A stretch of 64,000 nucleotides of DNA, taken from assembly GCF_052425735.1 (NCBI RefSeq), contig NC_135758.1, positions 37,572,001 to 37,636,000 on the forward strand, written 5' to 3'. Under the pieces are notes generated by a model that saw nothing but the letters and a program-made list of their open reading frames with translations, ran no database searches and was not told the DNA's origin. Each line of letters starts with the position of its first letter. The first letter of the stretch is position 1. This stretch comes from Oculina patagonica. Its lineage: Eukaryota. The position numbers and the translations under genes are program-made. Positions 34,656 through 48,300 of the stretch are shown in pieces.

Positions 34656-37600
34656 ATTTAGCACCTACGCTGCGCAGGGTTAGATTCTAATTTTGACATA
34701 GGAAGGTCACGCAATATAGCAACTCAATATGCGATCGCCAGGCTCTGTCAAAGAATTTATGAAGCTTTTTTGATTTTTATTAATGCTCATTGTTTCCATG
34801 TGAACGAACTATTCCCTTTTGTTTGAATCGTTATGACTAAGCAATAGGGTTTAGTGACAAATAAAACAGGTAAGGGTAAACAAGACAAAAACGGCCCAGC
34901 ATTGCCCAGCAAAAAAGGGCGTTTGTGATGTGGTATTCACTCCCCTGTGGCATTATGAAAGCTATTCTTCCTAGGAGAAATTGTCGCAAAGGGCGGTTGC
35001 GTTAATCTATCCACGGCACGAAAACTTGGCTTTGTCTCACTTTTGACTCGCATCAAATCAAAAGTGAGACAAACATGGATGACTAACTTTGACAACGGAT
35101 GTCAATGGTAAACAAGTCTTTTGATTTCGCCTTTGAAAGGGATTTAACGCACGTCAAAGTCAGATTTTTAACATTTGACGGGAATCAAAGATACTTTTTA
35201 CACGAGTCACATTTCACGGTACCTTTGTCACACCCTTGAAAAACTTCAATAACATTGTTCGAGGTGAAGAAAAAAGTCAAGGAATTAATATAGTATCTGT
35301 TCTGAGAAATTTTAAATTTTTGGTTTATTATACCTATATTTGATTAAAATCATAGACAACTTTTGCCAAAGACGGTGCAACTACTTCTATCCCCGAGGCA
35401 AAGGCATGTGTGCTAGGGAAGGCGTAAGTAGTCTTTTTTTCCCTCCCCCTTTTTTCGACGTTTTTGCTTGTTTACAAGCTAAAAACGTAGAATAGGGGTT
35501 ATGTGAACAAAATTTGGAACCACATATTTGTAAACTCTCAAGGGACTTTTTTAATTTCTCAAGGGACTGTTTTAATTTCTCAAGGGATAACTTTCCGCTG
35601 TGGGTGATCACTTGCGATCTCGTGGAAAAAACGTGACTTGTCACATTTTAATACAAACGTTATATAACAATTTTAAAAGTGATATGTCAGCTTTCTTATC
35701 TCAACGCATGTGTGTCTGAAAGGCGATCTATAAAAAGCATCGCACAAACAATGGATTGCAATTGCGTAACTAAAACACGAATATATAATGGTCTATAATC
35801 ACTAGCACTTACATCGTTTAAAAATTACAAACGTCAAAAATAAACCATACCAAAAAACTCGCTCTTTTCAAAGATATTATTGAAGTTAAAACAAATGCAA
35901 GAGATGGGGGCTTCTTTTAGCTTAGGAGCGGTTAAAAATTAGGCCAAATTTGGTCGCTACATCAGCCTAGGTCATAAGGGACGAGACCTCGCGTTGACAG
36001 AAATGTTGCATGAATCGGCTTTGCAACATGCGATCGTATCTACGCAGTTCGAGTGGAATTTTAGTCAAAGACAGCAAAATTCTTTCGTATTTCATCTTCA
36101 AATATAATTCGAAAGCATTCACTGTATATATGGCTTTTGTTTAATCCTGAGTCTTGATATCCGACCCTCGCAGAGCCTAGACAAAACGCAGCTTGAGTGT
36201 AACGATTTGTTTACGCCGCAATTATATGCGCAATGTTTTCTCCGACAGTAGTCGGAAATATCCGTATTTTTTTTTCGTGCTTTTTCGTGGAGCAATCGTA
36301 ACGATACGGCCTTGAACACATTGAACAGCGGTCTACCTATAACAACTCAAATATGGCGTCGCAAAAACAAAGCGTCGAAAGCATATTTTGCTGTTTCATT
36401 TGCTAATTTCGCTGCCGTAATCGACTGCCTCGAAAGGTCATTGCAATTTTAAAGTATAGAATTGTCAGATCTCGGTGAAATTTGCACTGTTTATTTGTGT
36501 AATGTTAAGGAATATGTGTATAAATACCCGGCACGGACGAGCCATTTTTAGGGAGGACGTAGTCTGAGTTATGTTATGAAGGAAGGTGGGTAGGGGGGAG
36601 AAAGAGAAATTGACAAAATTATATGGCTGCATTTCCTCCGCGAAGATAGGAAATTGTTAAACTAAACTACAAAGAAACTGTAATGATAAGTTCGAAGAAC
36701 AATGCACAGGATAAACCTTCGACTCATACTTCATGCAAAAACGTCGATATCTCGAAGAGACTTTGATTTTAAAAAAAACAGCGCCTGATCGCAGGTTATG
36801 TGAAAGCCAACTTTTCACGCCGAGTTCGAAAATGTACTGCATTAAGAGAAAACTTCATATTCAAAGAGGATTGCTTGGTCATTTCTGTACCGAGCTCTAT
36901 GTCCATCTTGGCACCTTCCTTCATTGCGCGATCATTTTTCCCACTGAGTTATTTCACTTCTCGCTCGGGCGATCTTTGAGGCTAAATAAGGGATCTTTCG
37001 TTGTCTAAGTTCAGAAGACAATTTGCGTTCAATTAATAGAAGTCAGAAATTGTGACGACTCCGTAAGCGGAAAGAATTGCGTAAAAACTTTAAAATTTGA
37101 AGAACGCCTAAATCACTTGCCGCTGCTTTGTTTAGGTGTTTAAGGGCGGGGCGGGGTACGAACGGATTCGCACGACTCGATGAACAGTAGCTAGTGTGCC
37201 AATTAGGAAATATTTTACATTTTAAAACTGTAAAAAATTATTTTTCGAACAAGCTCTAGTCAGAGGTGAATTATCTCTGCATTTCTTTCAGGAAACAGCA
37301 AGTCGAAATTTAGTTTCATTTCCGGGGTTTCATTATCAAGCGGCATTTGTCACACCAACATTTATGATTGAAACTGTGGCAATTGACCCACAATTTCGAG
37401 GAAATGCGCGTGGTAGGTTATTTTAAAAGTATTCGCCAAACACAGCTTTAAAATCACTTAAGGTTTTAAAGTTCAACTTGGCGGCATACATGCCACGCTT
37501 TTCCCGTAAGTTCACAAGATCTTTGACCTTATTAAGACAGTGTTGACCACCTGCTTAATGCTTGTTTTTGGGAAAGTTACTTTTCTTCGCTTCATTGGCC

Positions 37601-38090
37601 GGCTAATTACAATTGGTCAAGCGTTAAAAAACTCAATCAGTAAATAATAAACAAGCGGTAAGCCTTGCTTTCGTAATACTTCACTAAACAAGAAGGAAAA
37701 CAGCCTTGTTTCACGAGAATAAAGGTGGCACCATTGAAAAATGGAAGGCAAACTTTGCTCACGTATAACATCAAACATTTGCAGTGGACGTGTTTTCTTT
37801 ATATATTTGTTGGTCAGAAAAATTATCACCGTGTGAAAAATAAACGCCCCTACGAATAGCCTGATAACGCAACAAAATTGTTATTTTTACACATAAATTA
37901 TGGATGTGGTTTTATCAACTTTCCTCTGAGGGGCTTGTAATGTTGACACTTGGAAGTGATGAGCCAAGACATTTTGACAAATTTTCAGTCAAGGAGAAGG
38001 GCCACTTAAGCGAGCTGCCAAATCACTGAACAGTGAGGCAACGATATTAGCTTCGTTAAGCTTGCAAGAGACCGTGTTTTCGTGTTTGTA

Positions 38091-38336
38091 ATGGCGTCAA
38101 CCTTGAGCTTCGAGAGGGCGCTTATTTTGGCGCTAATTTCGCTTTTCGCCGTGTGTGTTACATTTGTGGTAAGGAAGGAGTTACACGAAAGAGACAATTT
38201 CGATTACCAAGACACCGCACGGGCAAAGAATGAAATAGATCAATCGTACGAGCTGTTGATTGCAAACTCGGAGCAAGATTCTACGAGGGATGCGGTCAAG
38301 GATAATGAACTTAACGCAACCGTGGAAAGATCATGA
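38091..38336 (+). CDS. 81-aa ORF with an N-terminal signal anchor/peptide and acidic stem; small protein, truncated gene or frameshifted first exon
   Basis: GTAATGGCG start, hydrophobic ALILALISLFAVCVTFVV followed by RK and a polar acidic region. A possible donor CG/GTAAAT lies at 38355, just after the stop. Confidence 0.45.
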   Translation: MASTLSFERALILALISLFAVCVTFVVRKELHERDNFDYQDTARAKNEIDQSYELLIANSEQDSTRDAVKDNELNATVERS

Positions 38337-39966
38337 ATCAGTGATCGTTGGACGGTAAATTTCTGACTCATTTGGATTAGTTGCAGTTTTCTTCGTTTTA
38401 CATACAATGGATTAACCAGTGCCAGAGGCAGAAAGTGACTGTTTATAAACAACTGGCAGCAAAAAGACATGGATTACACACCATATAATTTATAATTGTA
38501 GTCTAATTATCCTTGATCAAAATAACTGGTATCCTATTCGTCCGGTTCCTGCTTCGGGTTCAACAAGGTCATCGTCGCTCCAATGAATAATTCTCCGGTT
38601 GGAAGAATTTATTCTCGATTATAAGTGAAAGGATCAATGTGAATCAAGCAGGTATTTTTATAAAGTCATACGGTGAGAACAGTGTAGTGCCTTGTGATCG
38701 GACAGGTGTTTGATTGCTTTGTTGTGGCAACATGTTCAGGGCTGCGCGTCTTTCAGGGACTGAGCCTTTTTTTGGTCCCGCGGGGAAAACTGGGCGCCAA
38801 CGTAGAGGGCCGTTTTCAGTCTAAATCTCCCTTGAAACAACGTCATAAAAACTACCTGATTATCTTCTGAACCCTTTTTCAAAAGTTAATTGGCCGCGAA
38901 TTCGGTTTATGGAATGGGATGTTCGTCAAATTTGCAACAAGGGATTACAGACAGCAAAAAAGAGACCAGTGAATAACTTCAGAAAGTTGATCTCCACCGA
39001 GAACCTTCAACAGCCTTCTCGAACAAATTATGTGATTGATTTTTGACATATTTCTGTCATTTATGACAGCTTTTTGATGGGTTCTGTTTGATGGAGAGAC
39101 GGCACTGACAAAGCAACATTCCACTGGTGCGAGATCTTTACGTTGATTGGTTAGTTCCAACGCGACACCCAACAAAAATTGTCGACAAAGATTTAAAGGG
39201 GGAGCAATGGTGAGGCGCGCAAGACAACAATCGCCTATCGGCGGGTTTCATTTCACCACCACGCCTTGTCTAGTCTCCCTGCTCCACAAAAGCAAGGCCT
39301 CGTTTGATTTTTCTCTCGTTTTACTTAAGTCTCCTCCGCTGAGAGACGCATGGCGCTTTCGGTCAATCTTTCTCCGTCTCAGTTTCTAAAAGTTGTTTTG
39401 GAAGTAGCCCTCTTTTTAGACTCGTCCTCTTTCGTTAAAAATTTGAGAATTTTTGGTCGAGAAGAAATATTAGGTGCCAGTGATGCATAGCCTGTTTTGC
39501 AGCCGGACGTTTCGGTTTTAGTTCGTCTGCAACGCAAGCTAGTGATCCAAGACAATCGGTGCGTTGTAAAATATTTTATAGTTTCGTCGCCTTTTTCTCT
39601 TCTCAAAGACAAACCGTCCGCCCTGTGGGATCTTGTCCTCTCTAAAAAGACTGTGTTCTGGGGTTCTTCCCGGAATAATAGAAGCGTTGCCATGTCACAG
39701 TTAAAGTGGAAGACTAAGGCATCTTCCGTTTCAAGTGTAACAGATTAATTCAGTGCTAGAGGTTTGTCAAGAGCGATCACTGGAACTGGTTAAAAGTAAA
39801 AGTCAACCTCGTGCCCACGGTCTTCTCCACGCTGGGAACGAGCCCCTCCCCTCCCCCCTCCAAAAAAATAGGTAAGCACCACTACAGGTGATAAGAACAA
39901 AAGTTCCAAATACTGCGTGGCACTAAAAAAATAAAAGTGAAATGAAATAATTATGGAGAAAAAGAA

Positions 39967-40002
39967 ACTGGACGTTTCGGGCAATAGCCCTTCTTCGGCG
40001 GT
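39967..40002 (-). repeat. Second copy of the Penelope-type hammerhead-bearing repeat
   Basis: About 65 nt are nearly identical to 2243-2307. Minus strand reads CCGAAGA-AGGGC-TATT-GCCC-GAAAC-GTC; stem I is degenerate. Confidence 0.55.
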
Positions 40003-40562
40003 GGTAAATAACGTTGTCAAAGAAAACGCAATGTAAACTACTGGTGTCCCAGTACTTTACATTGTGGCCCATAAACAAATAAACGGACATAATTTGAATA
40101 AACATCTTTGTTTAAAAAAAAAACAACTGGCGGTAAGCTGACCAGTTGGCTATATGCAAAGCGGGGAGAGGACGAATAAAAAAGAACAGTTCATTCCTAT
40201 TTATCATTACCACATCTTTCTTACCTTACTTTGTAAACAAAAAAATGTTAAAGCAACGTAAATTTCGTTTCACTGGACAAAAAAAAACATTAGCACACAA
40301 TGTATGATTTTAAATGATTTATTACCTATTTATTTAAAAGTCCGTAATCGTTTAACAAATTTAGTAACATATTTACATTTCTAATATACACAAGACTAGA
40401 CCATTGTCAGCCTCTATTTCAATCTGAGAAAACAGAAAGGCTTTGAACAGTGGCACAAAACGGTGTGTCTATTTTGGTGGCAACAAGAATCAAGTTGCCA
40501 CAAATCAACCATGAACGGCTACTAAAAAACCCTGCTCAACATCATATTAAGATTTGCATTAA

Positions 40563-40926
40563 AGAAACTGTGTCACGGATTTTAGCCAAATTTAGGCATG
40601 GGAAATGACCATCGAATTCGGTAAAATATAAAAATAATCTCTTAAAACAGGGAAGGCACATTTCAATAACACAGCAAATGCAAAAGAAGGTACGGATGGC
40701 CAAAAGTGAAGAAGATTGAAACGGATCGCGATATGGGTTTTTGAATACTGTTTGGCTGAAAATTTTTCAAAGTTAATCTCATTTACTTGTAAATTTAAAT
40801 TGGTTGTAATAAAGCAATGGTTTTGTCATTTAGATTCACAGGAGTAATTTCTTTGCAAACATTAAGTTTCATAGTATTTGGCAAAACTTAATAAAATAAA
40901 TTTAACTCAGCCGTGACACAGTCCCT
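40563..40926. mobile_element. Kolobok-like non-autonomous element
   Basis: TTAA-AGAAACTGTGTCACGG ... CCGTGACACAGTCCCT-TTAA: TTAA TSD with purine/pyrimidine termini. Confidence 0.65.
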
Positions 40927-40930
40927 TTAA

Positions 40931-41151
40931 CAACCCTCCAAGTAAAGACCATTTTAGTCGCCATGGCGACTAAAATTTTGGAGCTGGCGACTAAATTGGA
41001 ACTGAAGTCGTCAGACTGGCGACTAAAATTGAGAAGAAGGATTGAAAGCGTTAGCTTAATTTAGCGACTAAAATTTTTCACTGGCGACCAAACTTGAGCA
41101 GTCGGTGGCCAAATGGCCACTTAGGTAAAAAAAAATAAACTTGGAGGGTTG
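40931..41151. mobile_element. hAT5-like MITE abutting the Kolobok-like element
   Basis: CAACCCTCCAAGT / ACTTGGAGGGTTG with 5-bp TSD TTTAA; subterminal GGCGACT repeats. Confidence 0.7.
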
Positions 41152-41449
41152 TTTAACATACTCTGATAACTTCTATATTAACCTACAACGTACACCAAAA
41201 AAATTTTACTTTTGAATCAACACTATATGTTGCTCACCTCAAAAGCCAATGCCAATAACAGCAAATAGGAGGGAATTAAAACTGGAAAATATTTTTCTGT
41301 GTTATAGATTGTCCTTTCTCTTTCTATAGTATTTCTTCCCATCAATAACTGATCTTCTCATCATTGAATGTTTCTACCCATTTTAACGGCTGTTTAGCCA
41401 AACTACATGCCCTTCCTGCATGGTTTAGCCAATCAAAGCTTTGGTGATA

Positions 41450-41870
41450 CAGTAAAAACCCGCGTATAAGAACCTTGGGTTTTTCAAGTTAGCCTAAACA
41501 GGTTCTTATATAAATGGTATTTAGGGTAAAATTAGGCTGTTTTTAACTTTTGTTCAAGAAATAAAGTAGAATCTTTAAATGATCTGGTCTTTAATGTCCA
41601 ATAACAGTATTCTTGGAGGCTTCGGTAGGCAAAATACTATACTATTTTAATCTGATTCTGTTAAAATCAAAGCTATACTGTAACCTTTACTATAATTCCC
41701 AATAAATCTTGTATATTTTTTAAAAGACTATTTTTTTTTCTTTTTTTTGAAAATAAGAACCTGTTTTATAATTTTAGCCTAAAATGGTTCTTATGTGAAG
41801 GGTGCTTAAAAATGAAATTTTAGCCTAACAGGTTCTTAAATGTTAGGTTCTTATACGCGGGTTTTTACTG
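41450..41870. mobile_element. pogo/Tigger-like MITE
   Basis: TA-CAGTAAAAACCCGCGTATAAGAACC ... GGTTCTTATACGCGGGTTTTTACTG-TA. Confidence 0.85.
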
Positions 41871-42373
41871 TATTTGAGAAGCATTGCGTGACGAAACAAA
41901 CTGCAGCTGATTTATAACAGAAAATCCAAAAAATACTATTTATCAACACACACGAGTCACATCTCCTTTGCAGATGCTCTATGAGCCACTGATGATGAAG
42001 AAGGACGGCAGACTTTATTTAGGCTTGTCAAACAATCCTAGTGCATGCAAATAAAAATTTATACTAAAAAAACTAGTGCTTTTAGTAACAAGGTCAAGAT
42101 CTGACTTCCCCTCACTACCCGGTAATTTTCATACCTGTTCTATAATTCTCTTAGGACCTCTTAGAGAGAATATGGCACTAAATCAACACATCATTCCTGA
42201 GATGATCAGGCAATATATTCTTTAAACCTGTCTACTTATATTTGTTATAAAAAAGTATACAGAGAAATTATTTCAATAACTCTTAACTACAGAGGATAAA
42301 AGGGTTAAACTGTTGTCAATTTTTAAATTTGAAGATGACATAAATGAATCATATAATTATCATGATACAGTTG

Positions 42374-45300
42374 TCATCTCTTCTTGAACTGGAACCCAGC
42401 TTTCTGTTTTTGATGTGATGCTGGAGGATTGGGTGCCACTACTCTTGGACGTTTGAGTTCGATTGCTTTGGAGAGAATTGTGTGGATGTCAATATCTGGA
42501 TAATTCTGAAATGAAGAACAACAAAACACTGCATTTAAAAGAATGCACAGATTAATGCAGAACAGCTTACAAGTTGCACTTTGAAGGGTTCTGAGATGGT
42601 TTCCACAGACATCAGTTTTCAAAATTCTCTAACTTTTCTCTGATAAAAATCAAATTTCTGCTTCAGAAAGTTCTTTCGTCGAAGCGATAAAAGAATTAGA
42701 TAAACTTCGGTAATTTCTTCAGTTGACATTCTCTGTCTTTGCTATTCTTTGAACGCACGATTTTGGAGTTAAAATATTAAAAATATCTTTGTTTACTGCT
42801 ATAAATTTCGCTGAAATCTCAGCCTCGTCAGGCATGTTCCGCCATCTTTCCCTGACCAAAAAATACAAAATGTCAGATAAAGTTGCATGCAGCCTCCATT
42901 TCCAAAAGAAAAAAAATCATGGACATCACTTCAACCTGAAATATTTCTTCCTGCCTTCAATGGTATTACATCAGCAGTGATATAATTTCAATTTTCCCTG
43001 ACTTTTCTTAAATATATATTTATTTTCCCTGACCCAAAATAAAATTCCCTGACCATAAAGAATTATAATTTTCCCTGACCATTTCTTGACCTGTGGCAAC
43101 CCTGCCTGAAGACACAACCATAAAGGTACACCAATACCTGTAGAAGTTTCATTGTTGTAGCAAAATCCCCTGCAAGTATTTGCTCCCTTATAACCCTACA
43201 ATACAAAACAACAAGCACATCTTTATTTCTTATCTGAGCAGTTCAATTTGAAGTGCCACACATGCATAACATATATCTGTCATTCCTTTGAGCTTTGAAG
43301 TTTAAAGCCCAGTCATGCTATTTTTCAATGCAAAAGAAACATTAAGTAAAGCAAGTGTGAAGCAGGAGGGGGTGGCCATCCAGTTCTCTCGTGATTCTTT
43401 TCCAACGTTAAGTGATTGAAAAAAAAAAGAAAGAAAGAAAATAGAGGGCTGTGAACAGTCTAAGTCGTGCAATGTTTGATACCCCAATGCAATAAATAAG
43501 CTTAGATGTAACTGACGGCATATGTGTTCTAAAAGAAAATTATTTGTGATGCATTGTACAATCCATTCACTTACATGTGCATAGCACAGCAAACATAAAT
43601 GAGGAAATCAAATCGCTTCTCGTCAGCAAACAGTGAATCCCACACCCTGATAACATCTGATATGCAATTAAAGCAAAGTGAATTAAATGCCAGAAATACA
43701 CACTTTTAAACTACATTTAACTCATATATAAGAACAAACAAGTTGTTTTCTAGGCTAATGAGGTGCAAAACTTAAACCAATCTTCATTTTCACTGGTAGC
43801 AAGGTTTTACTGTGAGTTCTGAGTGGTTCACTGTTGATATGAAAGGAGCTAACTTGAGCTGACTGAAGTAAAATTAATATAAAATCAACGAAGTCATCCG
43901 TGAAAACAATAAACTTTGTGTGCAGGTAACTTAGGCATTAGTTTTTGTTTTCAATTTAGTTTTGATGTCTCCAGCTGGTGCCTATTCATGCACTACAATT
44001 TGTGGTTGATACTTAAATAAAGGTTTTTACTCATTTACTAAATCAGTTTTCCTACACACACCTGGTAAGGCAAATTCCTGAGATAACAGCAGCGTCAGCC
44101 ACCTGAAACTGTAGAACTGTGGCCTCATTTGTTGTTCTTCCTACAACAAACCAAACTTACATTGTTACAAAAATACTCTTTAAAATTAATGTCAAGGTTG
44201 GAGAAAAAAAGATGCACCATCTTTAGAAATACTAATAGAATGAAACTGGTGACAAATATGCATATGTCTAGCTTGGGAAACAAATATTATTAGCAACTTG
44301 TTATTCTTTTATTAGTCTCCCATCTCACTCTATTTATTTGGTGAATCTTATACAACAACAGTAACTTAGAGTAACTCAAGTAGAAATAATCTGAATTACG
44401 ATACAATACCAGATATGTGAATAATAAAAGGTCTCTCTCTTTCAACAGGTTTCTAACACTTTTCATCATGTTTCCTGAAATGTAGCGGCAATTAACAATA
44501 AAACACATAAACAATTTACATTTTTAATTCAATCATTAAATGGGTATTTCTGCATTTCATTCTTTTTTGCCATGAGGTTGAGAAGGGCTTAAACCTACCT
44601 ATATAAAAGGAAACCTCAATAGCTAATAGTAAAACATTTAGTAGAACCCTTCATGAAGGATGTTTGCATGCATGCCTGCTAACAGCAGAGCAGTAAATAG
44701 CTTCATCAGTTATCTCAGCTATAACCCAGGAACCTACCTATACCACAAGCTGAATCATCCAGAGTTTTGATGAAGTTATCTCGTATCTCTGACATAAGAT
44801 TAGTAAAGCAGAAGAAGGCATCTGCTTCGACATTTTCTGTCAAAAAATAAGCAAGAACTTGTGTTATAAAGTAATGGCTCATTAGGCTGGAGCTTTCCCA
44901 TAGAATGAACTAATTAATAGAATTTCTACCCCACCCCCCACACCCCCGCCCACAACCACCACCACCACCTGTATGGGATGCTAGTCCATTGCAGGGGTAC
45001 CCCCAGCAGTAAATTGCTGGTACCCATTTATACACCTGGGTGGAGAGAGGAACTATGAGAGTTAAGTCTCTTGCCCAAGAACACAATGCCGTGACCCTGG
45101 CCAGGGCTTGAACCCAGACCACTCGATCTTGAGTCCAGTGCACTAACCATTACATCACCATGCCTCCCGCATTGGGTGGTAACACTGGTAAAAAAAGTCA
45201 CTTCAAAGGAAATCTGCTCAATCATCCCTGATCTTTTTCTGCCTCAGTTTGAAACTGACATGTTAATTCTAATACAAAATTACTGACACACCTTGCCATT

Positions 45301-48300
45301 CTGGGTCTGGATCAGAACAGAACACATAGTACAGTGGACCAATTATTTCATTCATGCCCTGGAAAAAAATGCCATAGAAATCATTATTTATCCTGTAACA
45401 AACTTAAAACTTAGCGCATTAACATGTGGTACTTCAGGGGTGCATTAATGCATTGTAATATAAGAAACTGCACATGAGGTTTCTACAATAGCTACATATT
45501 GATATTCTTTGAAAAATGGCATTAATGGCTCTCTGTTTGCCTTTTTTAGACCTTAAGCTGGAACAAAAATTCTCTCACCTGAACGTAACCCAACCCAGGA
45601 TTAAGTTTTGCATAGATGTACAATATTCTCTCAACAACCTGGAATTAAATAAATAATTACCGGTAGTATTTCTTTAATTTTACATACCAGTATTTCAGTA
45701 ACAAATTAACAAAGGGCAATTTATTTTGTATTGAAGTAGCCCAGCTGCACATCCATAATTATGGCTGCACTCTCAGCTTTCAAAGCAGAGAAACAAACTG
45801 ATTTTAGACAACTTACACTACATGACAATCAACTGATTTAGAATTCGTCAACTGATTACATTTTAGATGCCTATCAAGAACAACTTGCTTACCTCCCAGT
45901 GAGCCTCTTGACCATCTCCTAACACAAAATACTCCTCTGGAGCAATTTTCCTGGGTGCTGATAACTTAAACAATGAAACACATGAAACAAACAAATTCTG
46001 TTAAAATTTTGTTCTTCTGTACATTACCACCCCAGGGCTGCAAATAATTTTTTTCACTTGAACGGACATATGTCCTACTAAAACACCATTTTGGTCGGAA
46101 ATCACCAAAAACAAAAGGTTAAATTTTATTCATTGTTGCCGTAAAATGATTTATGATAAAAAAATTGTCCAGACATCATGTTCGACCACACTTGGGATTT
46201 CATCGGACATCGAGCAATTTTTGGTTGGCGAATGTCCGATGACTGACTGCTATTTGCAGCCCTGCCACCAACCACTCAAGAAACAAATGTGTAAAAATTT
46301 GAAGTGAGGAAAATGTTTTTTTGGGACTTACATTTTTCAATCCACTTCTGTTCGTGTTAACATGTGATGCCTCTAAGTGGGTCCGCAAGACTCGCTCTCT
46401 TAGAGTTTCAAAGTCTCTGTCATCTCCTAACCAATGAGGATAACATACAGTGGGTTATGTTACAAAAAAATTTCAAGGTGCCCTGGCATGTGACAGTTGA
46501 GGTTAAATATTAAACATGAGCGGCAGTGTTTCATTGGGATATCCAAACACCGAGAAGAGAGTTGAAAATATGACGCGGAGTGGAGTATTTTTGACGAAAT
46601 TCAAGGTGTTTGGATAGCCGATGAAACTGTCTTGAGTGTTTGTTATATCTTCTAAATCGAAACAAATCTATGCTAATCAAGACCGGGTATCCAATCTCCT
46701 TCACGATTATGATTTTCTTTGTTTTAACTTGATTAATTTTTAATGAGTTTAAGAAAGTGTTATGTTTGACATTGAAGGATGAATCAACAGTTATCACTCT
46801 AGCATAAAAGTATAAATTCTCCCAGCTACTTAAAGCTACTTCTGAGAGCATGGTAGTGCATCAAGACAATATTGAATTCAACAAGGTAAGCAAAAAGTAT
46901 CTCTCACTCACCGGTTGTGACTTTTTTGTTTGGATATTTAGTTGCTATTTGAAAAAAGGAAATATCTGGACACAGCCTCCTACAACAAAACCATTGATAG
47001 TGAAATAATCAGAATTCTAGAACTAAGATTATTGTTTTAGTTTGAATACCGGTACCTTCTTCTATGCTTACATTTTGTTTTTGTTTGTTATTTTATTAAT
47101 GCAGCAGTCTAAAAGGTACAAGGATAATATTAATGGCAATCATTTTATATTTAAACTCCCTTAGTGGTAGTAAAACCCAAAATTTAAACTCTAAAACGAG
47201 GTCAACTTAATTGACTTCCAAGTAACAAAGGAGAAGTAGGAAGTATTGATATTTTTCCTACAGAACAGATAATTATTCAGTGGGTGTACTAATAAGATGG
47301 AGGGCTACTGTTCAAAAAATTTGGTAAACTGTGCATATTACTAAATTAATGTGGTTAAATACCTGCAATCCTTGTCAATTTGTAATAGCACCTCATTGTC
47401 TTTAAAAAATGCCAGCCACTGGCTGTCAGGATTTGGGTTCAATGGCTATAAACATTTAAAACAAAAATATCTCAACTGGTGTTAGAAAAAGCCTGTTAAA
47501 GGTAAAAGATGTGGTTGGCAAGTTTATAACATCCTTATTGAATTCATGTGGAAGGCGCGGTGACCCAATGGTTAGTGCAGTGGTCTCCAGATCGACTGGA
47601 CCGGGGTTCGAGCGCTGGCTGGAACACAGTCTGTGTTGTTTTCTTGGCAAGATGCTTTACTCTCACAGTGCCTCTCTCCACCCAGGTGTATAAATGGGTA
47701 CTTGTCTGGTGAATTTTATGCTGCGGGTTAACCCTGCAATGGACTAGCATCCCATCCAGGGGGGGGGGGGATACTCATAACCACTTAATTCTACAGAAAC
47801 TGGCATAAGCTCCAGCCTTATGAGCCACTTTGCTCAACAGCAGCATTTACCTTTATTTACCTATTGATTTCACAGATTTTATTCCTCCAGTTAGTACAAC
47901 AGCAGATAAAAGGCTGAGTTTCAACCAAAGACCCATGTGGCTTGTGCTTAAGTTAAGTTTCTATAGCAATAAGTGACTAGGAGTATTTCTACCCCCTCCT
48001 GGATGGGATGCCAGTCCACAGAAAGAGACCTGGGTAAAGACTGTGCACTGTGAGAGTAAAATGTCTTGCCCAAGAACACAACACAGTGACCCTGACCAAC
48101 ACTTGAATCCAGACCCCTTGATGTGGCCGCAAGCTCACTAACCATTAGGCCACCACACCTCCCAAACAACAGCAGATAGAGAAAAATCATCAACTAAGAG
48201 ACACTGTCCAGATTTACAACAAAATTCTCAGGATTACATAATTATAACATTTAATTTTATTATGAATTATGGAAGGAGTGCAAGTGAATTAAATCTTCAA

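Noticed and set aside
39379-39693. 104-aa minus-strand ORF
   Set aside because: No recognisable domain or supporting splice structure, and neighbouring sequence in the same frame is interrupted by stops.
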